From the NCBI GenBank assembly GCA_964016885.1, contig OZ024743.1:78802001-78866000 (forward strand): 64,000 bases of DNA, read 5' to 3'. This document shows positions 13,318 through 28,131 of the stretch, one piece after another (position 1 is the first letter of the stretch; each line of letters opens with the position of its first letter). Origin of the DNA: Eledone cirrhosa. Its lineage: Eukaryota. The notes under the pieces are model-generated. The model was not told the DNA's origin. It worked only from the letters and a program-made list of their open reading frames with translations, and did not search any database. Position numbers and translations under genes: made by a program.

Positions 13318-14106
13318 CATGATGTTTATGATGTAAAATTATATTTAGAAACTATACTAAGAAATGTGGTCAACATTATCTTTCATCCAGTCGGGGTCGA
13401 TAAATAAAGTACCAGCCAATAGAATGGTGTATTGGTGGAACTGTTAAACAGTCTGAGAGGTTGATGTGTGATGTCTGATCTAGCTCTGTTCTGAGTTGAA
13501 ATTCTACCTCTTTCTACCAGGAATTGTATCAGTAATATTAAGACAAATAGAAACATTGCTTCCTTGATCAAAAGCTCTTCATTCCATTTTTTTGTCAGTT
13601 TAAAAAGAAATTCTAAATATTATTTCATCTTCTTGAAAATAAAAGTCCTGAACTCCAATATTCTTTCGTTCATAACTTTTTAATCAATGTTACCTTACAT
13701 ATAAAGTATTACTGTAGGTTACTTTAAATATATTTTCTAGAAACTCTCTAAATCTCACTCTCTACAACCTTACATATAAAGTATTATTGTAGGTTACTTT
13801 AAAGATATCTTCTAGAATCTCTCTAAATCTTACTCTCTACAACCATACATATAAAGTATTACTGTAGGTTACTTTAAAGATATCTTCTAGAAACTCTCTA
13901 AATCTCACTCTCTACAATGTCAGTGATCCAGTTGTCAATATAATAGAACCTTCCTGTTATACTAAATATATTTTACCGGGACCACAAAACAATCATATGG
14001 CTACATCTCACTATATAGTAGCTGATTTATTGACGAATTAGAATGGAACATATCTAACATTAGTTAGTATAGCTTTTAAATATAATTTTATATTTTAAAT
14101 AACATG

Positions 14107-14189
14107 AGCAGGATGGCCCAGTGGTTAAGACGTTGGATTTAAATTCCAATGGACAAATGTTCGCGTGGGTTCGTCCCCCTCTCGTGCTA
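14107..14189 (+). pseudogene. tRNA-Leu(TAA) pseudogene
   Basis: Same family, with disrupted B box (gttcgtcc) and acceptor/D-stem changes. Confidence 0.8.
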
Positions 14190-14495
14190 AAATACATTTT
14201 TTTTTTTAATTTGTCATTTATTCTATTAATTTCTCTCCTTACACTGATGCCATGTTCAGACACCGCCTTAGACAGAGTTAATCCACAATATTCATCCCAG
14301 TACATACTTTTTCTTGTTTCAGATATATTTTGTCGAAATCTTTTTGTCAACCGCTATGTTACGAGGCGTAAACTAAGACACACTCACACACACACTTACT
14401 TACTCACACACATTCATTCACACAAACTCACATACATACATACATACATACACACACATATATATATTTGTGTGTGTATCCCGGGTTCATTCAGG

Positions 14496-14537
<42 letters not shown>

Positions 14538-14542
<5 letters not shown>

Positions 14543-14722
14543 CTGATGGTAGCTAAGATGCTTCCATAGGCGGTATGCCGGTTGAGCACTCTATACTCTT
14601 ACAGAGCAGAGTATGATATAATAGAAAACGAAAAATCAGTGATGCATCTGAACTCGATTTATTGTGTGTTACAATTGTTTCCCCGGCTGAGAGTTCAGAT
14701 GCATCACTGATTTTTCGTTCTC

Positions 14723-14730
<8 letters not shown>
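14538..14730. mobile_element. Fold-back element in (AT)n (arms ~14620-14657 / 14692-14730); relatives at 31170-31497 and 46200-46340
   Basis: acgaaaaatcagtgatgcatctgaactc is inverted to gagttcagatgcatcactgatttttcgt; the minus strand of the loop carries GAAACAATTGTA. Confidence 0.75.
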
Positions 14731-14802
<72 letters not shown>

Positions 14803-15123
14803 AAATGGGGAGAAGAATACTGCAGGTTGCACATGGATAACATGTTATAAAATGAGTCCCTCATCAGTGATTTGCCAACGATCATAGATATTTCATTGCA
14901 TTAAAAATCATATACCTCACGTTGGTGCAATAATAACTAAATTAAGTTATTAGGACAATTAAAACGCGTAAAGCAAGTGAGACAAGTAAACAACAAAGAG
15001 GAAAGCTAACCGTAGATAGGAAGGGAACAAGCTACATAGCTATTCTGTCAGCATAAGCTGGGTGAATATATGAGCGCGTAGAAAAAAGACCTTTCGAGAT
15101 GAATCCAAATGTAAGAAAGAAGG

Positions 15124-15182
<59 letters not shown>

Positions 15183-16002
15183 TCAGTTAAGCAAAACAAG
15201 ACCACAAATTTCACAAGGAAGACATTATTAAAAGATTGTCAACATATTTAGTTTGATGTAAGGAATGTAGAGAATAATAATAATAATAATATTAATAATA
15301 ATAATGCCCGTTTACAATTGTTTCTCTACTCCGTATAATATTTCGGGATCAGATAACTATGTATCATAATTGATCTGGTTCAGTTGAAAATAATTAACAT
15401 ATTTAAAAAAAAACAGAATGGCTCATCGGAACTCAAAGGAATATAAATTAAAATAATGTTACATAATATAATGTTCCATATATTAGTTTTTACTATGCTG
15501 CTTTTGTTTCATCAGCTGTCAGCCATAATCAAGCAGTACTCATCTGTCGAGGCTGCATTGTGTGAGATCTGCCTATGGGTAACAAGATGGCTGCCAAAGG
15601 GCATATTTACCTTACTAATTAGAGGGTGGTTTCAGGGGAAGTAACTTCTCGAGAGATTAGAGATTGTGTGTATTTTATAGTTAAGTGCTAGTATTTAAAT
15701 TATTTAATTGAGAGACAATGTAGGGGAGGTAACTTATAATTATCGAGTTGTTCATAGCAATTTAACTTATTAGCTACAATTAGAGATGGGGCTACATGGC
15801 TAAGTTGGGTCAAAAACTCTATTGGCGAAGGAATTAGCCCTTCGATGTTGACAGCTAATGGTTACCTCAGTTCTATCGTTAATTGGTAGAGGTCTTGATA
15901 GAGCTATGTAATACGCTTCCGTAACACAGAGATCACAAGATTTCCTTCGTCCATCTCAATCTCTCTCTTTAAGATTGGTTACTCTTGAACTGTGTATATA
16001 TA

Positions 16003-16037
<35 letters not shown>

Positions 16038-16310
16038 ACGAAGGAAATGTGGTAAGGAACCAGATGGACCATAACGCACCAAAGTACTCAATACTTAGGG
16101 TAGTAGAGTGGGTAATAGGAACGAGTAGGACCTACGAGTTGGGGTCCTACTCGTTCCTATATATATATATATATATAAATATATATATATAGCTCTGGTT
16201 CATCCGAACCATTGAGCACTATGCCGCACATTTCGGAGATTGTTTTTCGTTATTTAGTGGGCCGAAGTTTCGATTCTCGATAATTTTATTTGTATTTTTA
16301 TATATATATA

Positions 16311-16690
16311 TATAAATTAATAAAAACAATCAATAAAAACAAAGAACAAATTCCTTATATTAAAAAAATTCATCATTTTACGATCGTTTCTAGGATATAT
16401 ATGTGTGTTGGTATGTATATCATATAGATTTAAGTAAAAAATTTTACAAACTATAATATATATGTGAAGGTATGTATATTTCCTCTGATAGTTTTGTAAA
16501 ATTTTTACATATATCTATATGATATACATACCAACACACATATATATCCTAGAAACGATCGTAAAATGATGAATGTTTTAATATAAGGAACTTGTTCTTT
16601 GTTTTTATTCATTGTTTTTATTAATTTATCTTGACTTTGTAAACTCACCAAGTCACACGGAAACTGTGCTTACGCCCGCCTTATATGCAT
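16311..16690. mobile_element. Fold-back element in (AT)n (arms ~16311-16454 / 16487-16629 plus right tail)
   Basis: ~140-bp inverted arms; contains the hammerhead 3' half GAAACGATCGTA, also seen at ~62255. Confidence 0.82.
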
Positions 16691-16724
16691 GTATGTATTA
16701 TATATATGTGTGTGTGTCTGTTTA

Positions 16725-16924
16725 NNNNNNNNNNNNNNNNNNNNNNNNNNNNNNNNNNNNNNNNNNNNNNNNNNNNNNNNNNNNNNNNNNNNNNNNNNNN
16801 NNNNNNNNNNNNNNNNNNNNNNNNNNNNNNNNNNNNNNNNNNNNNNNNNNNNNNNNNNNNNNNNNNNNNNNNNNNNNNNNNNNNNNNNNNNNNNNNNNNN
16901 NNNNNNNNNNNNNNNNNNNNNNNN
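16725..16924. other. Assembly gap (200 N)
   Basis: Run of n. Confidence 0.99.
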
Positions 16925-17500
16925 GTTAGTGCTCTCTTGTGGGGATGTTCTTATTACTATATTGATATCGTCTACGTAACGAGAGTACATGATGAGGTCT
17001 ATGGAGCTCTCATCAAGGAGATCTTTAAGTCTCCTTTCCCACCATACCATAAAAAGGTTGGCAACGTCACCAGCTATGCTGACGTCAATGGCTGCTCCCT
17101 CATTTTGGGTGTAGATCTTCTCGTTGAACTTGAATATGTGGCCCTTTAGGGTAGTTTTGATACTAGCCCCTATTGCATGTGCGACCATTTTTCTTACCTG
17201 ATCATTGTTTTGGGGGGTCCGTATAGCTTTGGTCCACCCAATCAACCCTCCCATGGGAGACTTTTTAGCCATTGAGGTTATGGTGGGGGTCTACCTCTTA
17301 TGGGTCTACTGGGGCAGAAACGTCTAAGGTCATGGCTGTCTAATTAGTCAGTGTCGTAGGTAAGTCTAAGTAGGAGGCCCAATTCGACTGTGTCGACGTC
17401 GCAGAACTCCACCTCACTCTCAATGATCATCACCACACATTTTTCCACAGCAAAATCAATGTTAATGGATGGGTACAGTGATACCACATCCATGCTGCCT
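16925..17500 (-). mobile_element. Penelope-like element RT fragment, same family as 51830-53860
   Basis: GSMDVVSLYPSI, EGAAIDVSIAGDVANLFM, YSRYVDD. Confidence 0.85.
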
Positions 17501-17555
17501 ATATATATATTAAAATACAAATATTAATAAAATAGATGTTCTTTTGATCAATTAA

Positions 17556-17608
17556 ATTTTATTATACATATTTCAGAGGTACAACAGTACGTCCTCATCA
17601 GACAAAAT
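17556..17608 (-). ncRNA. Type I hammerhead ribozyme (family A)
   Basis: Minus strand attttgt-CTGATGA-ggacgtactgttgtacctct-GAA-atatgtat-A-ataaaat: stem I pairs, full core, short near-palindromic stem III. Confidence 0.8.
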
Positions 17609-18280
17609 ATAATGATACATGGCATACCCTGAGATGTTAAATGGTTAAGATTTAATCAAAGTAGTGAATAACCTATGAGAAAACTCAACATTTATACCCT
17701 AATAATGAGAAAATGCGAAAACGTAATAGATTCAATAGAGAAGGTATGAGTAAGAAAAATGTTGCTTTAATGTAACAGTTATAGAGATTTTAAAATGTGG
17801 GATACTACAAATTAGGATTATAGGGGAAGACGTCTCTGGAATTATAATTTTATTACAGTTTATGAAGGCAACCGATAGATAATAAAGGGGAGTAATTTAT
17901 GCAAACAATTTATTTTCCCCATATGGACTTAGCGGTTAAGTTTCAAAATATTTAATTTATGTTATTTTAGGGTGGAGAATCAAAATTTTAAGTTTTTAAA
18001 AGTTGTTGGTTATTTATATTAATTCATTTTATAAATTTATAAATTTTTTAAATGTGTTACATTTCTAACATTCTGAACTTTATGAAAACAAAATTAAAGG
18101 ATTTACTAGGCCCGCGAAAGAAAAATATACACTGTTGAATATACCCTTAAATGTAATCTTTAACAAAAATTACCTCTAACAGTGTCAACATTTTCGGTAT
18201 GTAAAATTATGAAGTACTTACTGTTACAAATATCGAAGAGTTTATTGTCAAGTAGATACATTGTCTAAAGTATAATGATA

Positions 18281-18455
<175 letters not shown>

Positions 18456-19013
18456 TTATCGTAATAAATTACTATTTATTATGTTATATTAAATCACTCT
18501 ATTAGTTCTACCTTCGGGGGAAGAATGAACTCTACATAATGATTATGTTATTGTACAATATATTTATATTTGGACAGACTATATATAGCGTTATACCGAA
18601 ACAATAATTATGATTAAGTTATTATACATTATAAATATAGATGCAAAAAACCAAATGCAGAGATATACGTAACTAATAATATTATTATGTTATTATACAG
18701 TATACACATGTTTGCAAAGAAATTAGGTATAGAGAGATATACTAAGTATTAATGAGACAGTATACTTTTGGTAAATGATAACGATTATAATCTTAGATAA
18801 TAGATTCAAACATACATAACTTAAAATAATGTAAACGCATGAATGATTCACAGTTCAAAATAAGGTCCGTAAAAATTTACAGGTTGTATATTTGAACTAT
18901 ATTTAAAACATAGATAGAAAAATAAAGATAGAGAAATAATGGTATGCATTTGGTTTTTTGCATCTATATTTATAACTTATTCTTTGATGTACTCATTGAA
19001 TCTTGTTTAACTC

Positions 19014-19072
<59 letters not shown>

Positions 19073-19176
19073 CAAACCGATCTATCTAGCTTTCTCTCTT
19101 TCTCTCTCTCCCTCACACACCCTCTCTCTATATATATACACACACAACCACATATGTTGATACAATATATGATATA

Positions 19177-19251
<75 letters not shown>

Positions 19252-19307
19252 GGTGTGTGTGTGATATTCAAATGATTGACAGACACATCTGCCAGGAAAC
19301 ATTATAT

Positions 19308-19492
19308 GTAATTGGCAGTATCGGTAGAGGGTCGGACGCCATGCTTTGAAGCATAGAATTACCTCCCTTTATGGTCTGAGTTCAAATCCCGCGGAGGTTA
19401 ACTTTGCCTTTCATCCTTACGGAGTCGATAAAATAAAGTACCAGTAAAGCACTGGGTAATTGCTGGCCTTGTGCCAAATGTAGAAACAATTA
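19308..19492 (+). mobile_element. tRNA-head SINE with Nin/Deu-like central domain
   Basis: tggcagtatcggtagag (A box), gagttcaaatcc (B box), gcctttcatccttacggagtcgataaaataaagtaccag, tail ggccttgtgccaaa..agaaacaattat. Confidence 0.85.
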
Positions 19493-19802
19493 TATGTATA
19501 TGACGCCAGATATGGCATTTTTCGTTGTGATAGGAAGTCGAAAAGAACTATATCCCGTGGAGTTTCCATAAATATTATGAAAAAAGTACCATTGTTACTG
19601 TAATCCATATAAATCTCTATCTATGAGTAGTTTTTACAGAATTATCCCGAGAACAGGTCCACAGGATATATATGTATATATGTATATATTAAAAAGTGTC
19701 AGTGCCCGACGGCCGAACTCTTGCCATTTCAACAGCTAGTTCCAGACGGTTGAGGACCCTGTTGAGTAATGGTTTAACTAGTTTAAAACTGGTTCTATCC
19801 TG

Positions 19803-19884
<82 letters not shown>

Positions 19885-20015
19885 ATGTAGAAGTTGTATT
19901 TAATTTGTTGGAATTCCGACAAACATAAATATTTATAACTGATATAGAGCATTCAACACGTTACTAAATATTCCAAGATATTAATAAATGGAAACTATAT
20001 TTATAAAACCATATT

Positions 20016-20080
20016 TATTTTATTATATATATTTCAAGGGCGACCAAGCCAATGTTGGTGCACTTTCATCAGATAAAATA
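20016..20080 (-). ncRNA. Type I hammerhead ribozyme (family A-like)
   Basis: Minus strand tattttat-CTGATGA-aagtgcaccaacattggcttggtcgccctt-GAA-atatatat-A-ataaaata: perfect 8-bp stem I, palindromic stem III. Confidence 0.85.
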
Positions 20081-20413
20081 CAAGATTTGTTTTATAAATA
20101 ACGACATACCCATGGAAATCAACCTTAACGGTCGAATTTCACACAGTTGAAAATTGCAAACTTGACTGTCACCACAGAATAAGAACCTGAAGATTGCGAA
20201 AGCATGAAAGTAATTGTTCAATTAACACTTAACATTTAATATTCTACCATACTATTTCATTCTAATACCATTATAAATTTTAAAGGATTGTAAATAAAAC
20301 GAGTAAATCAGACAAAGTTGGAATTCCTTTTATTAATATAATCTTCTATACACAATCATACACACCCGTGTATATTTATCTATCTCTCTCTCTCTCTCTC
20401 TCTATATGTATAT

Positions 20414-20555
20414 ATATTCATTTTATTAAGGCTAAACAGTCTTCAAACTGTGAGAAACTCCAAAGTTACAAGACTCACAATTTAGCCTTAATAAAATGAA
20501 TATTAAAACTCTACTTTTGTATTGAGTACACCTTTCTCTCAACCGTCAACCACAT
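20414..20555. mobile_element. Small fold-back element in (AT)n
   Basis: atattcattttattaaggctaaa ... tttagccttaataaaatgaatat plus right-side tail. Confidence 0.65.
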
Positions 20556-20567
20556 ATGGATATATAT

Positions 20568-20624
<57 letters not shown>

Positions 20625-20627
20625 TAT

Positions 20628-20810
20628 AATTGTTTCTACTTTTGCCACAAGGCGAGCAATTATTCCAGTGTATTACTGGTACTTTATTTTATCGACCCCG
20701 TAAGGATGAAAGGCAAAGTTAACCGGCGGGATTTGAACTCAGATCATAAAGGACCGTAACTCTTTGCTGCAAAGCATGGTGTCAGACTCTCCACCGATAC
20801 TGCCAATCCA
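20628..20810 (-). mobile_element. Nin/Deu-like tRNA-SINE
   Basis: Reverse complement of the 19308-19492 family. Confidence 0.85.
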
Positions 20811-20814
20811 TACC

Positions 20815-20857
<43 letters not shown>

Positions 20858-20874
20858 CTCCTGTGATTATTCAT

Positions 20875-21000
<126 letters not shown>

Positions 21001-21102
21001 ATGAATAATCATATATATATATATATATATATAAAAATTATCTCCTGTGATTATTCATGTTTATATATATATATATATAAATTATCTCCTGTGATTATTC
21101 AT

Positions 21103-21140
<38 letters not shown>

Positions 21141-21147
<7 letters not shown>

Positions 21148-21424
21148 AATATAGACATAGAATATTCGAAAATATTCTGTATGTTTATAATAAACATTTT
21201 GAAGACCTAATCGCTATAGAATAGAATACGTCACGTATTACAATTAGATTCTCGATAAAAGCAAGGGAAGTAATCTACGCGTTTCATTCTTGTTTCATTC
21301 ATGCTTTTATCGAGAATCTAATTGTAATACGTGACGTATTCTATTCTATAGCGATTAGGTCTTCAAAATGTTTATTATAAACATACAGAATATTTTCGAA
21401 TATTCTATGTCTATATTCACATAT
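21141..21424. mobile_element. Fold-back element, ~123-bp apparently identical arms
   Basis: 21141-21263 is the reverse complement of 21302-21424; the loop minus strand has GAAACGCGTA. Confidence 0.88.
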
Positions 21425-21502
21425 ATATCGCTATTTCAGAGCATTTATTCCAATATATATATATGTATATATATATATAAACATGAATAATGACAGGAGA
21501 TA

Positions 21503-21562
<60 letters not shown>

Positions 21563-21567
21563 ACTAG

Positions 21568-21965
21568 ATTAACATATAAATAAACATGAATAATCACAGG
21601 AGATAATTTTTACAAGTGTGTAACCACACATAGCTAGGTAGGTAACTAAATAAAGTTGACCAGAACTTCAAAAATAGATACCTTATAATATGATTAATCT
21701 TCCCTGGGAAGATTAATCATATTATAAGGTATCTATTTTTGAAGTTCTGGTCAACTTTATTTAGTTACCTACCTAGCTATGTGTGGTTACACACTTGTAA
21801 AAATTATCTCCTGTGATTATTCATGTTTATTTATATGTTAATCAATTTCTAGTTATTATAAAATGCTCGGACCTACTTGTTACAATCTTAGAGCTTATGT
21901 TGCGGGTGATATGGCGCATGTCTTTCTGGCATGACACCCATAATTTTGATTATCTTAATTTTGGA
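21568..21965. mobile_element. Near-perfect ~275-bp palindrome (apex cttccc-t-gggaag at ~21705) plus right tail
   Basis: 21568-21704 is the reverse complement of 21706-21844; flanked by (AT)n. Confidence 0.9.
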
Positions 21966-22023
21966 TATAGATATATGTATATATATATATATATATATTA
22001 TTATTACTATATATATGTATATA

Positions 22024-22133
<110 letters not shown>

Positions 22134-22134
22134 T

Positions 22135-22173
<39 letters not shown>

Positions 22174-22302
22174 GAAAGTGAGGTTTTGTTTACAAATTGA
22201 AAAATAACCGAGGTGTCCTACACGAGTGAAAGTATAAGGAAAGAAGATGAAATCGAAAATGAAACTGGAGTCTTTTTAAAAAAATATATATATTTATTTG
22301 GT

Positions 22303-22342
22303 TCCTTTACCGGTTTCGCAGTTCTTCTGCTTTTCAAAAGTA
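22303..22342 (-). ncRNA. Minimal hammerhead, U3-A8 core variant (family U)
   Basis: Minus strand ctt-TTGAAAA-gcagaagaactgc-GAA-accggt-A-aag; the flank resembles the PLE 3' region at 32400-32800. Confidence 0.68.
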
Positions 22343-22639
22343 GAATTGAGATGGAGGGTCTGTAGTTTTTCTCACATTTGGTTGGTCTTTGAATGTTACT
22401 TATGTTTTATATGGAAAAAAGTGGCTCGAAGTGCCAAGTTTTTAGAGAAGTAATTTGGTTGGTTGGTGAATAAGTATAATAAATTTCGCGCCAGTTCACG
22501 TTACAAAGCTATTCAAACATGGGGTGGGTCTCAGGTTGTTTTTTCATATATGAGTGAAGTTTGGTTGGTTGATGCAGTCACGTGAATAAGCACATCAGCT
22601 TTCGCGCCAGTTTGTGTTTGAATTTCTTTTTACTTACAA

Positions 22640-24746
22640 AAAACTGGCTCATGAAGGCTTTTTTGGGGATGATAGAGGCCCTCCAACTTGCTAAAGTCCC
22701 AGACATTATTGTCAGAGCCATAGAGAGGCTGCCTTCTTCTTGGGCTACTATCCTAAGGTTAAAGACAGAGAGAGAGGACTCTATTTTCACTGATAAAATA
22801 AAATATTGCAGGGGTATATTTCAGGGGGACAGTCTCTGTGTGATATTATTCATCTTGTCATTAAACCCCTTGTCCTTTCTGTTCAAGAAATGTGAGGGAT
22901 ACATCATTGGCTCACAGGATGACAGAAATACGAACCTAACCCATAATTTCTTTGTGGATGATTTGAAACTCTATGCCAAGAACATGGATGGGATGAAGAA
23001 AATTCTTGACCTGGTTACAACGTTCTCAAAGGATATAAGAATGGAGTTTGACCAAGATAAATGCTCTTACATGACTGTAAAGCGGGGAAAAACAACAACC
23101 CAATCTAACAACATTGTCATCAATGGCCTAACTGTTTCACCGATATCTGATGAGGACTGCTACAGATACCTGAGGATAGATTAGAACATATCCTATAATG
23201 GTATCTGTAATAAAGAACGCGTAACCAGGGAATACTACACCCGATTAAGAAAGATCTGGTCATCGGAACTCTCTACGCAAAACAAAACAGTGGCTCACAA
23301 TGTGTTTGCTGCGCCTGTCCTAACACAAACGTTTGGAATACTCAATTGGACGATAGACGAAATCCGAGCAGTTGATGTTGGAACTCAAAAAATACTAAAC
23401 AACACCGGAAACTTCCACATCAACAGTGACATAAACCGCCTTTACTTGAAACGTAAGCAGGGAGGCAGAGGCTTAACATAAGTCCAGACAACATTTGAAT
23501 GTCTCATCATATCTCTCCGACAACATCTACGAACCTCGAAGCGTAGGAGCCCGTTTCTCGAGCAAGTCTATCTGCATGAAACAGATAAGATCATGAGAGT
23601 TGGGAAGGAACTCCTCGAGAGATATTCCCTGTGTGATAATCAAAAACTCACACCCAGGGATGTCGCTCAGCAGTATCGCAGTGAATACATGAATGAAAAA
23701 CTGCATGCTTATCAGCAAAAAGTCATGCATGGATATGTTGCCAGGAAGCTCCAGAGTGAGAGTATTATAGATAAGGAAAGTAGGCTATCTTGGACCAACA
23801 ACCGCTATATTGGCTCCCACTTTGAAGGATACATTTTTGCAATCCAAGAATAGGAGATTAACACGAAATACCTGATTCACAAAAGAGATAGGGATGCAGG
23901 CAAAACACCTAGATGTGATAACAAGTGCAGACTCTGCAGAACTAACATCGAGGATATCACCCATATCATCAGCAGCTGTCCAAAGATGTCATCGCGGTAC
24001 TATCTACCTATGAGGCATGATGTAGTGGCGAAAACACTGTACAATGCAGTTCGTAAAAAAGATAGCCCCGATAATAAACACATTAAAAGCTACAGCAATG
24101 TGGAAGACATCCATGTACATAATATGAAAGAGTACTGGTGGAATGTTTCAGTAAAAACCCCAATAAAATGCAGGCATAACAGACCAGATATTATGATATG
24201 GGACAGGGAGAAGAAAGCATGCACAGTAGTGGAAATTAGCTACCCAGCAGATGCCAATATAATATAAAAGATTAGTGAAAAGGAGAATATTTATGCAGAA
24301 CCGATGAGAAATCTGCAGATACTCCACCCTGATTACACCTTCAGATTTATGCCTGTGATTATTGGGGCACTGGGATATGTTAGTAACTGCCTCAATACAA
24401 ATCTTGAGAAGCTAGGCTTCACAGGAACAGAAAGAACACAACTAGTCAAGAAATTACAAGTACAATCCTTTAATGGAACAGTAAAAATATGTAAAACATT
24501 CCAGAAATTTTGCATCTAATACCTGCATATACACATGTACAGATGCAAAGCATATACGCATGCACACATACAACTCAAAACATCCACATCCACACATACA
24601 ATAACATCCATATCTACACATGCATGCATACATACATATCTACCTAGTTGATGTTGTGTAAATTCCAATGAGAGAGTCTTGTGTCTATGTTAGAAACCGA
24701 CTCTCTCTCTATTGGTAAAACTTTGTGAAATTATAAAACCAGAGGA
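22640..24746 (+). mobile_element. 5'-truncated R4/Dong-like non-LTR retrotransposon (RT + CCHC + restriction-like endonuclease), with stops
   Basis: RGIFQGDSL, FFVDDLKLY, RLYLKRKQGGRGL, CRLC..HIISSC, RHD, RPDI..VEIS; ends in (ACAT)n. Confidence 0.88.
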
Positions 24747-24770
24747 ACATACATACATACACACATACAT

Positions 24771-25375
24771 GGTGGCTGCCAACTCGTTTTCGAGTACGGC
24801 CACTACTTTATATCCATGTAGGAGAACCCTACCGATGCGCTGAACGTGTGTAAACTTTTTAGTCCAGCCAGCGACTTGAAAACTCTGGTACAAACACTAC
24901 ACTTGTGACAATTATTGACACAGTGCTGGGCCCATGGTACCATGTGACGACAAGTGCAGAGAGATCTCCAGATATAAAGCAATGCCTGCGCCGTGAAGCT
25001 TTTATAGTGAGCAAAGACACTGCACAAAGCCAGTCCCACTCTCTTAACCAAGATGATATTTACCAAAAAGAAGAACAAGTCTACATCATTGGATACCATC
25101 AGGGTTGCAGGTGTTATATCAGAGTTTTCCTTCTAGAATTCTGCCTTCACAAAGGCTAAGGGGTCATCTCTCCCGATGATTTTGGATGGCCATTGACTCT
25201 TAAGAGCTCCTTTGCCCTTTGACAGGTTTTGTTTTTAGTCCTGCAGGATGTCCAAAGTCACCCTCCTCACCAAGAAACCTTGGTGGGGTTGCCAGTTTAG
25301 TCGCCAACGACCCGACCATTAGACAGGTTGTACTGGGATACATGTTGCCAGTAGCACCAACTGGTGACCTGACAT
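24771..25375 (-). mobile_element. ~600-bp internally deleted RTE derivative, copy 1
   Basis: Minus strand has an RTE-like 5' UTR (ggcgactaaactggcaacccca; ctagaaggaaaactctga) joined to a [16 protein letters not shown] finger remnant and a 3' end in microsatellite; near-identical to 27521-28131. Confidence 0.72.
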
Positions 25376-25404
25376 AAATACATACATACATACATACATA
25401 CATG

Positions 25405-25541
<137 letters not shown>

Positions 25542-25553
25542 TATATAGAAATG

Positions 25554-25607
25554 GCTTCTACAAGACTAGCACTGTTTCATTCGAAGGGTATCATCACATT
25601 TATACTC
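25554..25607 (-). ncRNA. Degenerate/truncated hammerhead (family B)
   Basis: Minus strand gTGATGA-tacccttcgaat-GAA-acagtgctagtcttgt-A-gaagc; C3 and the 5' strand of stem I are lost at an inversion junction. Confidence 0.5.
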
Positions 25608-25874
25608 TGCTATGTATTGGATACCTTACTTAATGTGGTTACCCCCGATTGAACCCGGGATACACATATCTATCTGTCTATCTATATATTCATTTTATGA
25701 AGGTGGACTAGTGAGTCTTGTTACTAGAAATAGCTGTTGAAACGGCAAGAGCTCCGACGCAGAGCCCTGACTATCTGTAATATAACCATACTCTACTATC
25801 TCAAGTATCGAGTATCGAGTACTCTGTTGAGTAATGGTCTAACTATTTTAAAACTGGTTCTATCTCGCTCCCTC

Positions 25875-25950
<76 letters not shown>

Positions 25951-25957
25951 GAGAGAG

Positions 25958-26008
<51 letters not shown>

Positions 26009-26079
26009 GAAGGAGCGAGATAGAACCAGTTTTAAAATAGTTAAAAACTAGTTTAAAACTGGCTCTATCTAGCTCTCTC

Positions 26080-26201
<122 letters not shown>

Positions 26202-26243
26202 CGAAACATAAGTCAATTGCATGAACTCATAATCCTTTATTTA

Positions 26244-26297
26244 CTGCTATATATATTTCGATGATAGCCATTGAGTGGCTATGACCTCAGCAGGCAA
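26244..26297 (-). ncRNA. Hammerhead-like motif with A6C core change
   Basis: Minus strand ttgc-CTGCTGA-ggtcatagccactcaatggctatcatc-GAA-atatatat-A-gcag, followed by aataaa. Confidence 0.6.
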
Positions 26298-26650
26298 TTA
26301 GTCAGTTCTTAGATATGCCAGCTCTGTGATTTTGGTGTTGATAGTATCAGAGCCTTGGGACATATTTATATATATATATTTATATGTATTTAGGTATGTA
26401 TACACATATATAAATATATATATATATCGTATATGCATCGGATATATTTTTAAATCGTATATATATATATTCTTGTGTGTGTGTGTGGGCGTAGTTGTAT
26501 TAAGCTGGAGTAATTATCCTGCTACTGTATAGTTTTGTCTAATGATCATTTAAAAATACAATAACAGGACACTGACTCGACCTGAAAAACCTATTTATCT
26601 CTGTTCTGGTATTGAGTACGTATTCTTGCCAGTGTTAATACTAAACAGAA

Positions 26651-26691
<41 letters not shown>

Positions 26692-26721
26692 GGATAATCA
26701 ACAAATTAAATAACTCATTGC

Positions 26722-26843
<122 letters not shown>

Positions 26844-27269
26844 ACACATATATATATACTGTATAATACATATGTGTGTATATGCGTGTGTATATGTGAG
26901 AGGAGAGAGGTTGTAGTTTGCTTATTTGTTTATTTTTCTCTGCCCCTGAAATAACATTGCAAGAGATGTGAAACACCAGTAAAAGGGATGAAACAATAAT
27001 CAGGAGGATAGGTGAATGTTCTGGAGGTGATATGAAATGTGGTTTGTTGATTTGACCTCGATACAGTCAAATATATCGAGTGGGTTGAAGAGTTAATGGA
27101 AGAGGTATTAGATAAGGTACGGAGATGGGTGACTGTTTAAGGGAGTTGTTTCACAACCACGTGGAGTTCTACTGTATGTCATTTGGGAAAATATCAGCTG
27201 CTCTTGTCTCTGATGATCAACGCCTTGTGTGGGGAATTTCGTGGATGAAAATTGCTGAGAGAGGCCCGT

Positions 27270-27343
<74 letters not shown>

Positions 27344-27365
27344 AAAATGTGGAGCACACGAGTTG

Positions 27366-28131
<766 letters not shown>

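Noticed and set aside
21141-21844. All palindromes as sequencing or assembly artefacts
   Set aside because: Cannot be excluded for these two perfect hairpins, but others have diverged arms (16311, 36500, 62606), recur as families and share one asymmetric build.
27205-27265. CTGATGA...GAAA as a hammerhead
   Set aside because: No stem III or NUH site follows; the isolated minus-strand CTGATGA motifs at ~14865 and ~15183 also lack a GAAA partner.
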